Of a stretch of 64,000 bases of DNA, positions 10,483 to 20,513 are shown piece after piece. The translations under genes and the position numbers were made by a program. The stretch is from positions 9,291-73,290 of IMG/VR virus record IMGVR_UViG_3300046697_000246; one strand, 5' to 3'. Positions within the stretch are counted from its first letter, which is position 1, and the number at the start of each line of letters is the position of its first letter. Source of the stretch: a virus. The notes under the pieces are model-generated. The model worked only from the letters and a program-made list of their open reading frames with translations. It was not told the DNA's origin and ran no database searches.

Positions 10483-11997
10483 ATGAATAATCCGAAACTC
10501 TCGGCGCTGATGGTGACGTATGGCAGAACCGCTCACGTCCAGCGCGCGTTGCAATGTTTCCTCAATCAGGATTATCCGAACAGGGAACTCATCATTCTCA
10601 ACACCTTCCCCGGCCAGAAATTGACCGGCGACTTCAAGGATGTCCGAATTGTGAATCTTGATCATCGCCCTCCATCGCTAGGCGCGTGCCGGAACATTGG
10701 CGTCAAGGAAACAACTGGCGACTTGATCGTTACGCACGACGATGATGATTTAGTATTGCCAAACCATCTTTCCAATTTCGCGGAGCAATTCTCGGAAGGA
10801 GAATGGGTTTGGATGGAAAATCAGTTTTACAGCGAGAAGGGCGCAATCCTGAAATTCATGTCTGGGAGTTACAACACGTTTGCGTTCACAAAAAAGGCGT
10901 GGGAAACCGTTGGCGGATTCAACGAGTTGTCGGTCGGTGAGGATCGTCACTTCGTCAGCCGGGTCACGTCGGCGCTGCCGGGGAAACGAATCACACTTGC
11001 GCCGGACAAAATCAGCTTCATCTACTGCTGGGCAAATGGCGCCGCACACATATCCGGCCTCGGCGAGGACAAGCGCGGATTGCAACCGGCGTATGTCCGC
11101 TCGGAATTGGATTTGAAGCGGCGCGTGAAAAACGGCATGGAGCCAATGGGCACCGTCGAATTGAAGCCAGAATCAGTTGACACTCAAAAGATGGCGGATG
11201 ATTTTCTAGCGAGCGTCGTCCATCCGGGTGACCCGATGCCGGTTTGCATCGTTGAATTGGGGCGCATCGGTGACGTTATCAATCTCCTGCCGATCTGCAA
11301 ACATATCGCGGAGCAATATGGGAAACCGCATCTGATGGTCAGCCGGCCATTTGCTTCTGTGCTGGATGGCGTGAGCTACGTCATCCCTGAAGTGGTGGAC
11401 ATTCCTTACGAGCATTTGAATGCTGGCGTGGCAGAGGCACAGCGCAAATTTCCAATTGTCATGCGCGGCCAGATTTGGGGCAGCGGGCATCATCAGGAAA
11501 AGCAATGCGCGTCCTACAACGAGGAATCGTGGCGTGAACTTGGATTTCTGAAACACTTCAAAGACCCGGCATTCCCGCTGGTGTTCGACCGGCGCGACGC
11601 CAAGCGCGAGCAGCAGCTTGTGGACAAATTGAAGACGGACAAACCGATGCTGTTGGTCAAGGTGACGGGCGGAATGAGTTCGCCATTTCCAACTGGTGAA
11701 AGGAATCTCTACGCGATTCGGCAGTATTTTGGCGCGGACTTCAACGTGGTGGATTTGAGCATCGTGCAATGTGAACGAATTTACGACCTGCTGGGTCTGA
11801 TGGATGTCGCCGCCGGTTTGATAACCATAGACACAGCGACAATCCACCTTGCCGCCGCCTCGACCGTGCCCGTGCTGGCTATCGTCAATCCGACGCCGTG
11901 GGCCGGCACAACCCCGCGTTGCAACTGCGTGGCTCGGTTGACCTATACCGAGATTGAAAAGAACCCCAGACTGCTTCTTAAAGCCATCCCGAAATGA
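10483..11997 (+). CDS. bifunctional glycosyltransferase (GT2 N-terminal + GT9-like C-terminal)
   Basis: FLNQDYPNRELII, LG.CRN.G, HDDDD (GT2); then GRIGDV and ITIDTATIHLAAA..VP (GT9 heptosyltransferase-like). Confidence 0.8.
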   Translation: MNNPKLSALMVTYGRTAHVQRALQCFLNQDYPNRELIILNTFPGQKLTGDFKDVRIVNLDHRPPSLGACRNIGVKETTGDLIVTHDDDDLVLPNHLSNFAEQFSEGEWVWMENQFYSEKGAILKFMSGSYNTFAFTKKAWETVGGFNELSVGEDRHFVSRVTSALPGKRITLAPDKISFIYCWANGAAHISGLGEDKRGLQPAYVRSELDLKRRVKNGMEPMGTVELKPESVDTQKMADDFLASVVHPGDPMPVCIVELGRIGDVINLLPICKHIAEQYGKPHLMVSRPFASVLDGVSYVIPEVVDIPYEHLNAGVAEAQRKFPIVMRGQIWGSGHHQEKQCASYNEESWRELGFLKHFKDPAFPLVFDRRDAKREQQLVDKLKTDKPMLLVKVTGGMSSPFPTGERNLYAIRQYFGADFNVVDLSIVQCERIYDLLGLMDVAAGLITIDTATIHLAAASTVPVLAIVNPTPWAGTTPRCNCVARLTYTEIEKNPRLLLKAIPK

Positions 11998-12725
11998 ATC
12001 CTCCAACTCGCAGAATCTACCACGCCGTTGAACGGCACGAGGGCGGCGATGCCAGGGTGCAGGCCGCGCAAGCAAGCTGGGACACGCTCTACGAAAACGG
12101 CGTCATTCCGTGCCACTACTGGCGATACGAGCGGACGGCGCTGGAAATCGGAGACCACCGCGCGCTCCCGTTCTTGAAGGACGTTTTGAAATCCGCGATG
12201 GATCAGGCTGGTGATGACGACATCATTTTCTGGACAAACGACGACAACCTTTTGCACCCGCAACTTCCCGAAATCCTTCGATTCTGCGTGTCGGTTTATG
12301 ATGCTGTTTGCAGCCAGCGATGCGAGTTCAAGCGGCGCATTCCAGTCAACGCCACAACGGAAGACTGGGTGAAAGCCGCCAGCCCTCACATGGGGTGCGA
12401 CCTGTTCGCGTTCAAGAAATCGTGGCTCACACAGCATTGGAACGAAATTCCAGACTTCATTCTCGGTGCCTCGATTTTTGACTTGGCGATGGCCTGCCTG
12501 ATTCGGTTGGACAAGGGCATTATCACCACGCAGCGAAACATTAGGCATCATATTTTTCCCGCCGAACTTCCACTTGGTTACATCGGCCATGTCTGGCATA
12601 AATCGTCATGGAATCTGTCTAAAAACGCAAGATCACCGGCGGAAAAGTGGAATAAAAGACTTTTCCAAGAATGGGCGGTAACGAGGCTTCCCGAATTGAA
12701 GTTCGACAAGTTTGGAAATATATGA
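11994..12725 (+). CDS. putative GT-A fold glycosyltransferase
   Basis: IIFWTNDD (DxD-like) and G.DLFAF.K.W; coupled within the GT operon. Confidence 0.55.
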   Translation: MNPPTRRIYHAVERHEGGDARVQAAQASWDTLYENGVIPCHYWRYERTALEIGDHRALPFLKDVLKSAMDQAGDDDIIFWTNDDNLLHPQLPEILRFCVSVYDAVCSQRCEFKRRIPVNATTEDWVKAASPHMGCDLFAFKKSWLTQHWNEIPDFILGASIFDLAMACLIRLDKGIITTQRNIRHHIFPAELPLGYIGHVWHKSSWNLSKNARSPAEKWNKRLFQEWAVTRLPELKFDKFGNI

Positions 12726-13396
12726 AGATTTGCGTCATCAACGCCCACCTGCCGAATTACCAGCAACTCGCTGAATTGACCACCTATGGCAATCGCGCTG
12801 ATTATTGCCATCGCCACGGCTACGAACTAAAAGTGCAGACAGATGGATTCACCGGCGGGATGCAGCACCCTGTTTCATGGGACAGATTCAGATTCATGCG
12901 CGACACACTTGCCGGCGGATTTGACTGGGCGTGGTGTTCCGGCACGGACACTTTGAACACAAACTTCAACATCCGATTGGAGGATTTGATTGATGAAAAC
13001 TTTCATGTGATTGCATCGGCGGAATGGTGCAGCCCGTTTCAGGCTGATTCATTTCTGGTCAGGAACAGCCCGGAGGGACTCGGCTGGATGGACACGATTC
13101 TCTCCATGTTTGACAAATACAAAACCCATACGTGGGTTGAGCAGCAGGCGATAATTGACACACTGCCAGATTTCAAAGGCATTGTGAAACTGCTTCCGCA
13201 AAGGGCGATGAACTCTTACGATTACTGGCTTTACAGGGAAAAATATCCGAAAGAGAATCGTGTTTATTCTGGTGTGGACATCTTTGGCAATGACGGGCAA
13301 TGGCGGACTGGCGACTTCCTGATTCACTGGCCTGGATTGCCACTTGAACAGCGCATGGAGTTGGTGAAAAAATATCTTCCGTTCGTAGTGAAATGA
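12722..13396 (+). CDS. GT34-like (GMA12/MNN10 family) glycosyltransferase
   Basis: YC.RHGY, W.EQQA, MNSY and W..GDFLIHWPG motifs; start at ATG 12722 (ATGA overlap). Confidence 0.75.
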   Translation: MKICVINAHLPNYQQLAELTTYGNRADYCHRHGYELKVQTDGFTGGMQHPVSWDRFRFMRDTLAGGFDWAWCSGTDTLNTNFNIRLEDLIDENFHVIASAEWCSPFQADSFLVRNSPEGLGWMDTILSMFDKYKTHTWVEQQAIIDTLPDFKGIVKLLPQRAMNSYDYWLYREKYPKENRVYSGVDIFGNDGQWRTGDFLIHWPGLPLEQRMELVKKYLPFVVK

Positions 13397-14022
13397 AAAT
13401 CACGCTCATTTACATCAGCGTTTTGAACAATCGCGGCTTCGATGAATATGCCAAGCGGTTTCTGGTGACTTACGCTTTGTTCCGACCAACGATCCAGCAT
13501 GAACTCATCATCAGAGACGGCGCCGCGGCATGGGACATCGGGACGTTTCAACAGGTGGTGCCGGAGCTTGACTGCGACCTTGCTGTTTGTCTGGGCAGCG
13601 CGGCATATTTCCATCATCAGAACTGGCTGGAGCCATTCGTGGCGGTATTTCAGACCTACGGGCCGGGGTTGTATGGGCCGCAGGCCAGCTACGAGAACCG
13701 TCCGCACATCCGAACCGCCGCCTTTGCAGTTGCGCCCAGAATCATGTGCGATTATCCGGTGAAAGTTCACGCGCCGGACGAGCGTTGGGAGTTTGAATGG
13801 GGCGAGCGGAACATCACCGCATGGACGTTATCCCGGGGTTGTCCGGTTTTCATGGTGACAAAGGACGGATGCCGCGAACAAACGCAGTGGCGGAACCCGG
13901 ATAACATCTTCCGGCGCGGCGATCAATCCAACTGCCTCATCAAAGACCGGCACAACGACATTTACCAGATGGCAACGCCGGCAGAAAAGGCGCGGCTGGA
14001 AAAACTTGCGGACGCCGTATGA
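13393..14022 (+). CDS. glycosyltransferase-associated hypothetical protein
   Basis: WDIG.F, PHIRT.AF, FE.G motifs; coupled within the GT operon. Confidence 0.55.
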   Translation: MKITLIYISVLNNRGFDEYAKRFLVTYALFRPTIQHELIIRDGAAAWDIGTFQQVVPELDCDLAVCLGSAAYFHHQNWLEPFVAVFQTYGPGLYGPQASYENRPHIRTAAFAVAPRIMCDYPVKVHAPDERWEFEWGERNITAWTLSRGCPVFMVTKDGCREQTQWRNPDNIFRRGDQSNCLIKDRHNDIYQMATPAEKARLEKLADAV

Positions 14023-14798
14023 ATCTCAACATCATCACGCTGGTTTTGGACGGTGCTCCATACATCTTCAGGCACCTGCCAATCTTTGAAAAGCTGTCTT
14101 GTCCGTGGAGGTGGCACATCGTTCACGGCGCGGCGGCGAACGTCGGATCAACAGCTTGGTGCAAACCGCAGGAGCCGCGATTGAGCAGGGATGGGACTTC
14201 CGAATTCGTCAACTCGCTCGTGAAGCACTCGAACGTCAGGATTTACCAGAAACAGTTTTGGCGTGGCGGGAAGGATGAAATGGCCAATGCGCCGTTGAAG
14301 GGCATCATGGAGCCGTGTTGTCTGATGCAAATTGATTCGGATGAAATCTGGACTGCCGACCAACTTGATAAAATCGTCCAGACTTTTGAGGCGCGACCGG
14401 AGCTTTACCGAATGTATTTCTGGTGCAATTATTTTCTGGGGCCGGACATTGTTTCTACCTCAATGAATGGGTATGGAAATCGGTATGGTGAGTGGTTGCG
14501 CGCCTTCCGCTTCGTGCCGGGAATGGCGTTTCAAAAGCATGAGCCGCCCGTGCTGGCTGGAAACAGCCGCGGGCTTTCGCTTGGGCGAGACGCAACGCGC
14601 GGCATGGGATTGGTCTTCGACCATTTTTCGTGGGTGCATGAGCCGACGGTTCGGGCGAAGATGCAATTCTACGGATACGGCGAACGCGGCCTTGCCGGAT
14701 GGAAAAGGCTGCAAGAAAACAAAAGCTGGCCGGTTGACTTGCGGCAATTTCTGCCGTTCGTCGGGCCGGGAGCCAGCGCGGACAAGGTGAAAATATGA
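14019..14798 (+). CDS. GT2-like glycosyltransferase
   Basis: LMQIDSDEIW DxD motif, HEPP, F.HFSW. Confidence 0.7.
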   Translation: MNLNIITLVLDGAPYIFRHLPIFEKLSCPWRWHIVHGAAANVGSTAWCKPQEPRLSRDGTSEFVNSLVKHSNVRIYQKQFWRGGKDEMANAPLKGIMEPCCLMQIDSDEIWTADQLDKIVQTFEARPELYRMYFWCNYFLGPDIVSTSMNGYGNRYGEWLRAFRFVPGMAFQKHEPPVLAGNSRGLSLGRDATRGMGLVFDHFSWVHEPTVRAKMQFYGYGERGLAGWKRLQENKSWPVDLRQFLPFVGPGASADKVKI

Positions 14799-15706
14799 GC
14801 GCCAAACCCACCATCGCCTGTGTTGCGCGGTTTGATTTCCCATCATTTTACTGGCTTGGGTTCGTGCCACTATTGGAGTTGGCACAGGATTTAAAAGTCA
14901 TTATTGACGGGCGGGACATGGCTTCAAAAGCTGACATCGTTTTCATAATAAAGGGCAGGCCGAATTTGGAATGGGCTGGAATGTTGAAGGCGGGCGGCAA
15001 GCGGCTTGTCTATTGCCCGGCGGACGAGTTCAACAGCGCGGAGGAAATCGCCGAATCTGGAAAGTGGTTGCAGTTTATGGACGTGGTGTTGATCCACTGC
15101 GAGCGGTTGAGGAAATACTTTGCGCCCATTTGCCGCCGGGTCGAGTTTTGCGAGCATCCGGTTTTGTCGAGTCCGGTCAACGCCATGACGCGCGACTCAA
15201 TCGTGTGGAGCGGCCAATGCCAAAACCTTCAGCCCGTCATGCAGCATTTGAAGAACAATCTCGACTCCTTTGGAGGACTAAAACTCAAGGTGATGACCAA
15301 TCTAGAAGTGAACTGGCGCGAGCCGGAAGGCTTTGACTGGGAGTTCGTGAGCAAGCACGTCGAACTTCTGAATTGGAGTTTTGCCGCCGAGCGCAAGCTG
15401 TTCGCATCGGCAGTCGCCACGCTCGACATCAAGGGTGACTCGTTCAACGCGATGCACAAGCCGCCGCTGAAGGTGAACACGTTTATCTCTTACGGAGTGC
15501 CGGTGTGGACAAATCCTGAAAGTTACTCGACTGAATATCTACTGAAGAACGGACTGCCCGTTCCAAGTTCGTTTTATGGAATGACTGGAATGACATCAGA
15601 TTACCGTGTCGCTTGCTACAACTATGACTGGCAACACATTCTGAAACACTGTTCACCCGCCGCCGTCGCCAATACCTATCGCAACATTTTCAGGCAAATC
15701 GCATGA
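14795..15706 (+). CDS. putative GT-B fold glycosyltransferase
   Basis: ADIVFIIK, VY.P.D, IVW.G...N and KP.LK..TFISYGVPV motifs. Confidence 0.6.
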   Translation: MSAKPTIACVARFDFPSFYWLGFVPLLELAQDLKVIIDGRDMASKADIVFIIKGRPNLEWAGMLKAGGKRLVYCPADEFNSAEEIAESGKWLQFMDVVLIHCERLRKYFAPICRRVEFCEHPVLSSPVNAMTRDSIVWSGQCQNLQPVMQHLKNNLDSFGGLKLKVMTNLEVNWREPEGFDWEFVSKHVELLNWSFAAERKLFASAVATLDIKGDSFNAMHKPPLKVNTFISYGVPVWTNPESYSTEYLLKNGLPVPSSFYGMTGMTSDYRVACYNYDWQHILKHCSPAAVANTYRNIFRQIA

Positions 15707-16356
15707 GCAAGTTTTACATCTACACTGCATTTTCGAGGGACTACGACAATCTCATGGCGTTGCCGAATGGATTCATTCGAGGTTGCACGCCGGTTGCTTT
15801 CGTCAACGGTCAGACGGCAAACGGCTGGGATGTCCGACTGTTTGAAAACAGAACTGCCACGCAAAAACTCAACGCAAAATTCTACAAGGTGTTGCCACAT
15901 GTTGTTTTTTCAGACGCCGACTACTCGCTCTGGATTGATGGCTCGTTCAAGGTGTTCACGCACGACTGCGTCTGGGGCTTGGTTCAGAAATACCTCCAAG
16001 ATTCAGACATCTGCGTTTTCAGGCACCCGAAGCGCAACTCGTGCTACGAGGAGGCCGCTGCGTGCATCGCTCAAAAGTTGGATGACCCGCAAGTGATTTT
16101 TGACCAAGCGGCGCGGTATCAAGCTGACGGGTATCAGGACACCGAACTGTTCGAGTGCTGTGTTATTCTTCGTCGGCGCACTCCGGCAGTGGCACGGTTC
16201 AACGAAATCTGGTGGGATGAGATTGTCAAAGGCAGCACGCGCGACCAAATTTCTTTTGGCTACGCGGCACACAAGGCCGGTCTGAAGGTGTCCACGTTTT
16301 ACGGTGAGAACAAACAGCATTCCGCTGGCTGGATTCAGAAATGGGGACACCGATGA
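15703..16356 (+). CDS. DUF616 / TOD1-MUCI70-like glycosyltransferase
   Basis: YTA...YD, K.LPH..F...YSLWIDG, HP.R.S.YEE, WW.E....RDQ.SF motifs. Confidence 0.8.
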   Translation: MSKFYIYTAFSRDYDNLMALPNGFIRGCTPVAFVNGQTANGWDVRLFENRTATQKLNAKFYKVLPHVVFSDADYSLWIDGSFKVFTHDCVWGLVQKYLQDSDICVFRHPKRNSCYEEAAACIAQKLDDPQVIFDQAARYQADGYQDTELFECCVILRRRTPAVARFNEIWWDEIVKGSTRDQISFGYAAHKAGLKVSTFYGENKQHSAGWIQKWGHR

Positions 16357-17156
16357 CCGCAACGCCCTACAACACCGCTGTCGTCTGCCTGCTCAATTAC
16401 AAGGAGGGTGAGATTCCGGCGACCTGCGCCTTTTTCCAGAAGTCGGCGGCGCGGCTGGGCATCTCGCCGATGGTCTTTGGCCGTGGCGATACGTTCGGTT
16501 CAAACACCCTGACCCCGGATCACCCTGAATTCCTGTATCACAATTCGTTCAACGCGAAGGTGACGCGGCTTGCCAAGCATATCGCCACAATTCCGCCTGA
16601 ATTCAAATACATCCTCTATGTTGACGCCCGCGACTCGCTATTTGTCCGGTCATTGTGGGCAATCTGCGATGAATTCAACCGGACTGGCTGGCCGCTCCTG
16701 TTCGGTGCCGGTCCGATAAATCATCCTCACGTTGACCCCGGCTGGCTGGGCAGGTTCCGCCAGAACAAAACCGGGATTAAGTTCCTGAACGCCGGAGTCT
16801 GGATGGCAGAGCGCGGCGCATTGGAGGAGGCATTCGACAAACTGGAAGTGGTAAGTTCAATGGTGAAGGAAAACGAAATTCCGTCGTCGGCGTCCTTCCT
16901 CCATGACAACGATCAACACGTCTGGCAGGCCGCTTACGCCGAGGAGATGCTGCCCATCCGGCTCGACTTCGAGCGTCAGATTTTTATGAACATGGATCAC
17001 TCCGACATCAGCGACTTCGACTTCTCGAAAAGCACGGAAGACGCGCCGGTTGTGCTGAAGAATGGGTCGAGGCCAAGCATCATCCACTTTCCGGGCATTT
17101 CGAGCGTGGCACTGCCGTTCTTCGCGTGGTTCTTGAGGATAGCTCCGCTGCCATGA
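16353..17156 (+). CDS. PLOD-type glycosyltransferase domain protein
   Basis: ILYVDARD, LLFGA, FLNAG.WM, DQ, LD....IF and P.IIH.PG, matching the GT domain of procollagen lysyl hydroxylases; start at ATG 16353. Confidence 0.7.
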   Translation: MTATPYNTAVVCLLNYKEGEIPATCAFFQKSAARLGISPMVFGRGDTFGSNTLTPDHPEFLYHNSFNAKVTRLAKHIATIPPEFKYILYVDARDSLFVRSLWAICDEFNRTGWPLLFGAGPINHPHVDPGWLGRFRQNKTGIKFLNAGVWMAERGALEEAFDKLEVVSSMVKENEIPSSASFLHDNDQHVWQAAYAEEMLPIRLDFERQIFMNMDHSDISDFDFSKSTEDAPVVLKNGSRPSIIHFPGISSVALPFFAWFLRIAPLP

Positions 17157-18073
17157 AAATCTCCGCTGTAATTCCAGTCGTAAATGACCTGCCAGAGCTT
17201 TTAGAAACGGTCAAGAGCCTGCGCGAGACAGCGCCGGATATAGAAATTGTCGTCGTGGATGATTGCAGCGCCGCTCCTGTGGTCATTCCGCGCGAGCTTG
17301 GCGTCGTCCTGCATCGGAACACCTACCGCATTGGCTCCGGCGCGTCCCGGCACGTCGGCGCGCAGATTGCGACGGGAGATTACATGCTGATCACTGATTC
17401 ACACTGCCGTTTTGAGCCGGGCTGGGTCGCCGCTGTTGAGCAAGCGGTCGAAAAACATCCCGGCTCTGTGTTTTGTGGAATCTGCCACGGTTTCACGGCC
17501 AAGATTCCTCCATTTTCGAGGCCATCCGGCGTCTATTACGGCGCGCATCTCCAATTTGTCGGCCACGATCCGAACAATCCGAGCCGTGTTCAAGTTTTGG
17601 AAGGAGTTTGGTCGGGATTGAGGCCAGACGACTGCGAAATCTCATGTCCAATGGGTGCCTGCATAATTGTTCCACAAAAAACATTTCTTCATTTGGGTGG
17701 GATGCAGCATTTTCGCGTGTGGGGCTGCGAAGAAGTGATGTTGAGCCTCAAATTCTGGCTTTCGGGCGGCGAAGTGCGGCTGTTGCACGGGTTGAAAACT
17801 TGGCACCGTTTCCGCGACGGCGAGAAACTGCCATTCCGTTTGGAATACTGGAATGTGATTTACAACAAGCTGTTCACGATCCACACCATCTTTCCAGACG
17901 ACATGGCGGAGCGCATGATTTCGCGGCTGCCAAAGGGGTTCGACTTGAACAAGGCGCAGGAAACGATTCGGAAGGACTGGGGGCTGGTCGAGGCGGAGAA
18001 GGCGCGGAACAAAACGCTGTTCACGGGAGACGTAAAATGGCTCCAAGAAAAATTTAACGTTCCGCTAATTTAG
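17153..18073 (+). CDS. GT2 / ppGalNAc-transferase-like glycosyltransferase
   Basis: ISAVIPV.N, EIVVVDDCS, DSHC.F..GW, WG.E...LSLK.WL.GG and H.FR motifs; start at ATG 17153. Confidence 0.8.
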   Translation: MKISAVIPVVNDLPELLETVKSLRETAPDIEIVVVDDCSAAPVVIPRELGVVLHRNTYRIGSGASRHVGAQIATGDYMLITDSHCRFEPGWVAAVEQAVEKHPGSVFCGICHGFTAKIPPFSRPSGVYYGAHLQFVGHDPNNPSRVQVLEGVWSGLRPDDCEISCPMGACIIVPQKTFLHLGGMQHFRVWGCEEVMLSLKFWLSGGEVRLLHGLKTWHRFRDGEKLPFRLEYWNVIYNKLFTIHTIFPDDMAERMISRLPKGFDLNKAQETIRKDWGLVEAEKARNKTLFTGDVKWLQEKFNVPLI

Positions 18074-18076
18074 TTG

Positions 18077-18105
18077 TTGACACCGTGCCAGATTTGGCAT
18101 AGTAT
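18077..18105 (+). promoter_or_regulatory. sigma70 promoter with operator in the spacer
   Basis: TTGACA-17-TAGTAT; GTGCCAGATTTGGCAT at 18085-18100. Confidence 0.7.
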
Positions 18106-18132
18106 GACTTTATGTAAAGACCAACAATCAAA

Positions 18133-18630
18133 TTGTCAGAGTTCCCGCGTGGGATTCCAATGGGTATTTATTTTATACAACTTCCGGCATGGGTGTTTCA
18201 TGGCGGGATGCGCGTCTGGTTCAGACACGCAAGCGTTCACGATCACTTCATGAACGATAGCCACTGGTGGCCGGGAGATTTGCCAGAACCCGAATTTAAG
18301 CCGACTTCAGAAGACGTGAAACACGCTTACGATGGGCGCGATAAAAGAACAACGGCAAAAAACTTTTCTAAAACAGTGAAGAACCCAAAACCGGGAAGAC
18401 CGATCTCGTTGCTGCACCCCGGCTACGCGGCTACGCGACATAATAAAGGATGCCGGAACCAAAGACTCACCATGAAAAGCCTGTTGAAAAAGAAAGGCGC
18501 TACAAACGCCGAATTAAAAAGGTTGTTTCTTTTGAAGGAACCGACTTCGCGTGTTACCAGACTGAAATTAAAAATCTGCAAACAAGTTGTAAAGAACAAT
18601 CCCGGAGCGTTCCAAAAGATAGTTGAATAA
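18133..18630 (+). CDS. hypothetical moron-like protein
   Basis: Basic ORF with its own promoter; start may be ATG 18160. Confidence 0.5.
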   Translation: MSEFPRGIPMGIYFIQLPAWVFHGGMRVWFRHASVHDHFMNDSHWWPGDLPEPEFKPTSEDVKHAYDGRDKRTTAKNFSKTVKNPKPGRPISLLHPGYAATRHNKGCRNQRLTMKSLLKKKGATNAELKRLFLLKEPTSRVTRLKLKICKQVVKNNPGAFQKIVE

Positions 18631-18656
18631 GTTCCAGATTCCGTTATTGTAGCGGT

Positions 18657-20513
18657 GTGGCAGCAAAGAAACAAAAGTGGAGCACCGTCAGCCTGCAACC
18701 GCTGACCGGGCAACTGGACGCGAGGTTTCGTCCGACGGAAACCCCGGACGGGGGACTCAAGGAAAAGCAGAACCTTGCCGTCAGCGAAAACGGGCGGTTG
18801 ACCCGCAAGTGCGGTTTCGAGCGTTTGTTTGCCGAAAGCGTTTTTTTACAGGGGCCGTATGCTTCTCAAAATTTAACCGGTTGCATCGCAACCGCCGTTT
18901 TGCAGGGTGGTCAATGGTGGTGTCCATCCTACACCAACTGGGATTTTCACCGGCGCAACGTCACCACGCGCAAGCCCATCACCGGACTTTTTGAAATCAC
19001 CGGCAGCGACAAGGCGCGATACCTTTTTGCCACAACCGAATCAGAGATTTCCGTTTTGAATGAAACGACCGGGCAATGGACGGACATTTACCAAGGGGCG
19101 ATCACGGGCGGCAAATTCAGATGCGATATGCTGCAAGACACGGTGGTTTTTACCGACCGGAAAAACGTCATTCTGTCATTTAATCTTGGAGGCACACAGG
19201 CAGTTACAATTTCTGATTTGCAAAACGTTGGCAGCGACACTCCTTTGACCAACGCGCAAGTTGTCATCCAATACAATGGGCTGATGCTCCTGATGAACAC
19301 GGTTGAGGGGGGCGTAAATCATCCAAATCGCGTTCGCAATTCAGATTTGAATCTTCCGTTAAGCTGGTTGGTTGAGGGTGCTGGCGGCGGTTCCATCGCC
19401 AACTTTCAAGACCTTGCTGCTGGCGAGGAAATTCTGGCTGCAGCAGTGTTGCAAGGCAGCCTCATCATTTACACCAACTGTTCATTATGGACTTGCTATA
19501 TTTCCGTTGACGCTGCCGCCAATACCGCACTGGGCTTCGGTAGAATTTACACCGAGCCAAAAAACAACGCGGGCTGTCTGGTTTATCCCGATTCTCTCGT
19601 CAGCACTGGGGACGCTCATTACTACGCCTCGCGGGAAAGTTTCTACACCTACAACCCGTATCTGCCGACGCCGGAAGCCCCGGAATGGCTGCGACAGGCG
19701 ACCGGGTTGATTTACACGGACAAGAACCGAAAGATTGACCCGGCGTGCTGTTTGGCCATGTGCGCAGAATACCGGCCTCTCACGCATGAAATGTGGATAA
19801 GCTGGCCGTCGGCGGGCAACGCCTGCCTCAACAACCAGTCCATGATTGTCAGCACGAAGTATTTGACCGGGTATTACAACGATGCTGGTTTCACGGCGCT
19901 GACGAATTACAAACCCAACCCGGCGGCGGGCGCTGACTGCAATGTGTTGCAAATCTTGGTTGCGGCGAGTTCGCAGGATTACGCCTTGAAACAGGCGGGC
20001 ATGGTTTTGTTCCGGGAATTTGTTGCACAAACGCCGAGGCCTGGGGATGAGACGCCGTTGGTTTCTGAAAACATCACCGTGCCAGTCTGGTCAACGGTTG
20101 GATTCAACAGTATTCTGCGCGGCATTGTCCCGGTGACACTTTTCGACGTGGAGAAGATCATCCGCAAGGTGATTCTGGGGCAATACACAGCGCCGCAAAC
20201 AACGCCCTGCATCGCGCGACTGCGGATTGGGACATCAGCGCAGTTGACCGACCCGAACAACACGACGTATTGTTCAATCGTCTGGCACACCATCACGCCG
20301 GATTTGGTGTTGAAATGCCCGGAGACATTGACGGCGGATGAATTGGCGGCAGACAACTTGATCCCGTCACTGGAATCAGAGTGGAATTGTTACGAGCGCG
20401 GGAAATATATTTACTTTGAAATCACGGTGTTGAATGCGGACGGGACTCCGGCCATTGGTGCCGAGACGCATTGGTTCAAGATTGACTTCTCGGTCATGTC
20501 TTTGCCTGCGTAA
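18657..20513 (+). CDS. putative tail tubular / DNA stabilisation protein (P22 gp10-like)
   Basis: 618 aa, GTG start, beta-rich, with PNRVR.SD...P.SW motif typical of podovirus stabilisation proteins. Confidence 0.6.
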   Translation: MAAKKQKWSTVSLQPLTGQLDARFRPTETPDGGLKEKQNLAVSENGRLTRKCGFERLFAESVFLQGPYASQNLTGCIATAVLQGGQWWCPSYTNWDFHRRNVTTRKPITGLFEITGSDKARYLFATTESEISVLNETTGQWTDIYQGAITGGKFRCDMLQDTVVFTDRKNVILSFNLGGTQAVTISDLQNVGSDTPLTNAQVVIQYNGLMLLMNTVEGGVNHPNRVRNSDLNLPLSWLVEGAGGGSIANFQDLAAGEEILAAAVLQGSLIIYTNCSLWTCYISVDAAANTALGFGRIYTEPKNNAGCLVYPDSLVSTGDAHYYASRESFYTYNPYLPTPEAPEWLRQATGLIYTDKNRKIDPACCLAMCAEYRPLTHEMWISWPSAGNACLNNQSMIVSTKYLTGYYNDAGFTALTNYKPNPAAGADCNVLQILVAASSQDYALKQAGMVLFREFVAQTPRPGDETPLVSENITVPVWSTVGFNSILRGIVPVTLFDVEKIIRKVILGQYTAPQTTPCIARLRIGTSAQLTDPNNTTYCSIVWHTITPDLVLKCPETLTADELAADNLIPSLESEWNCYERGKYIYFEITVLNADGTPAIGAETHWFKIDFSVMSLPA

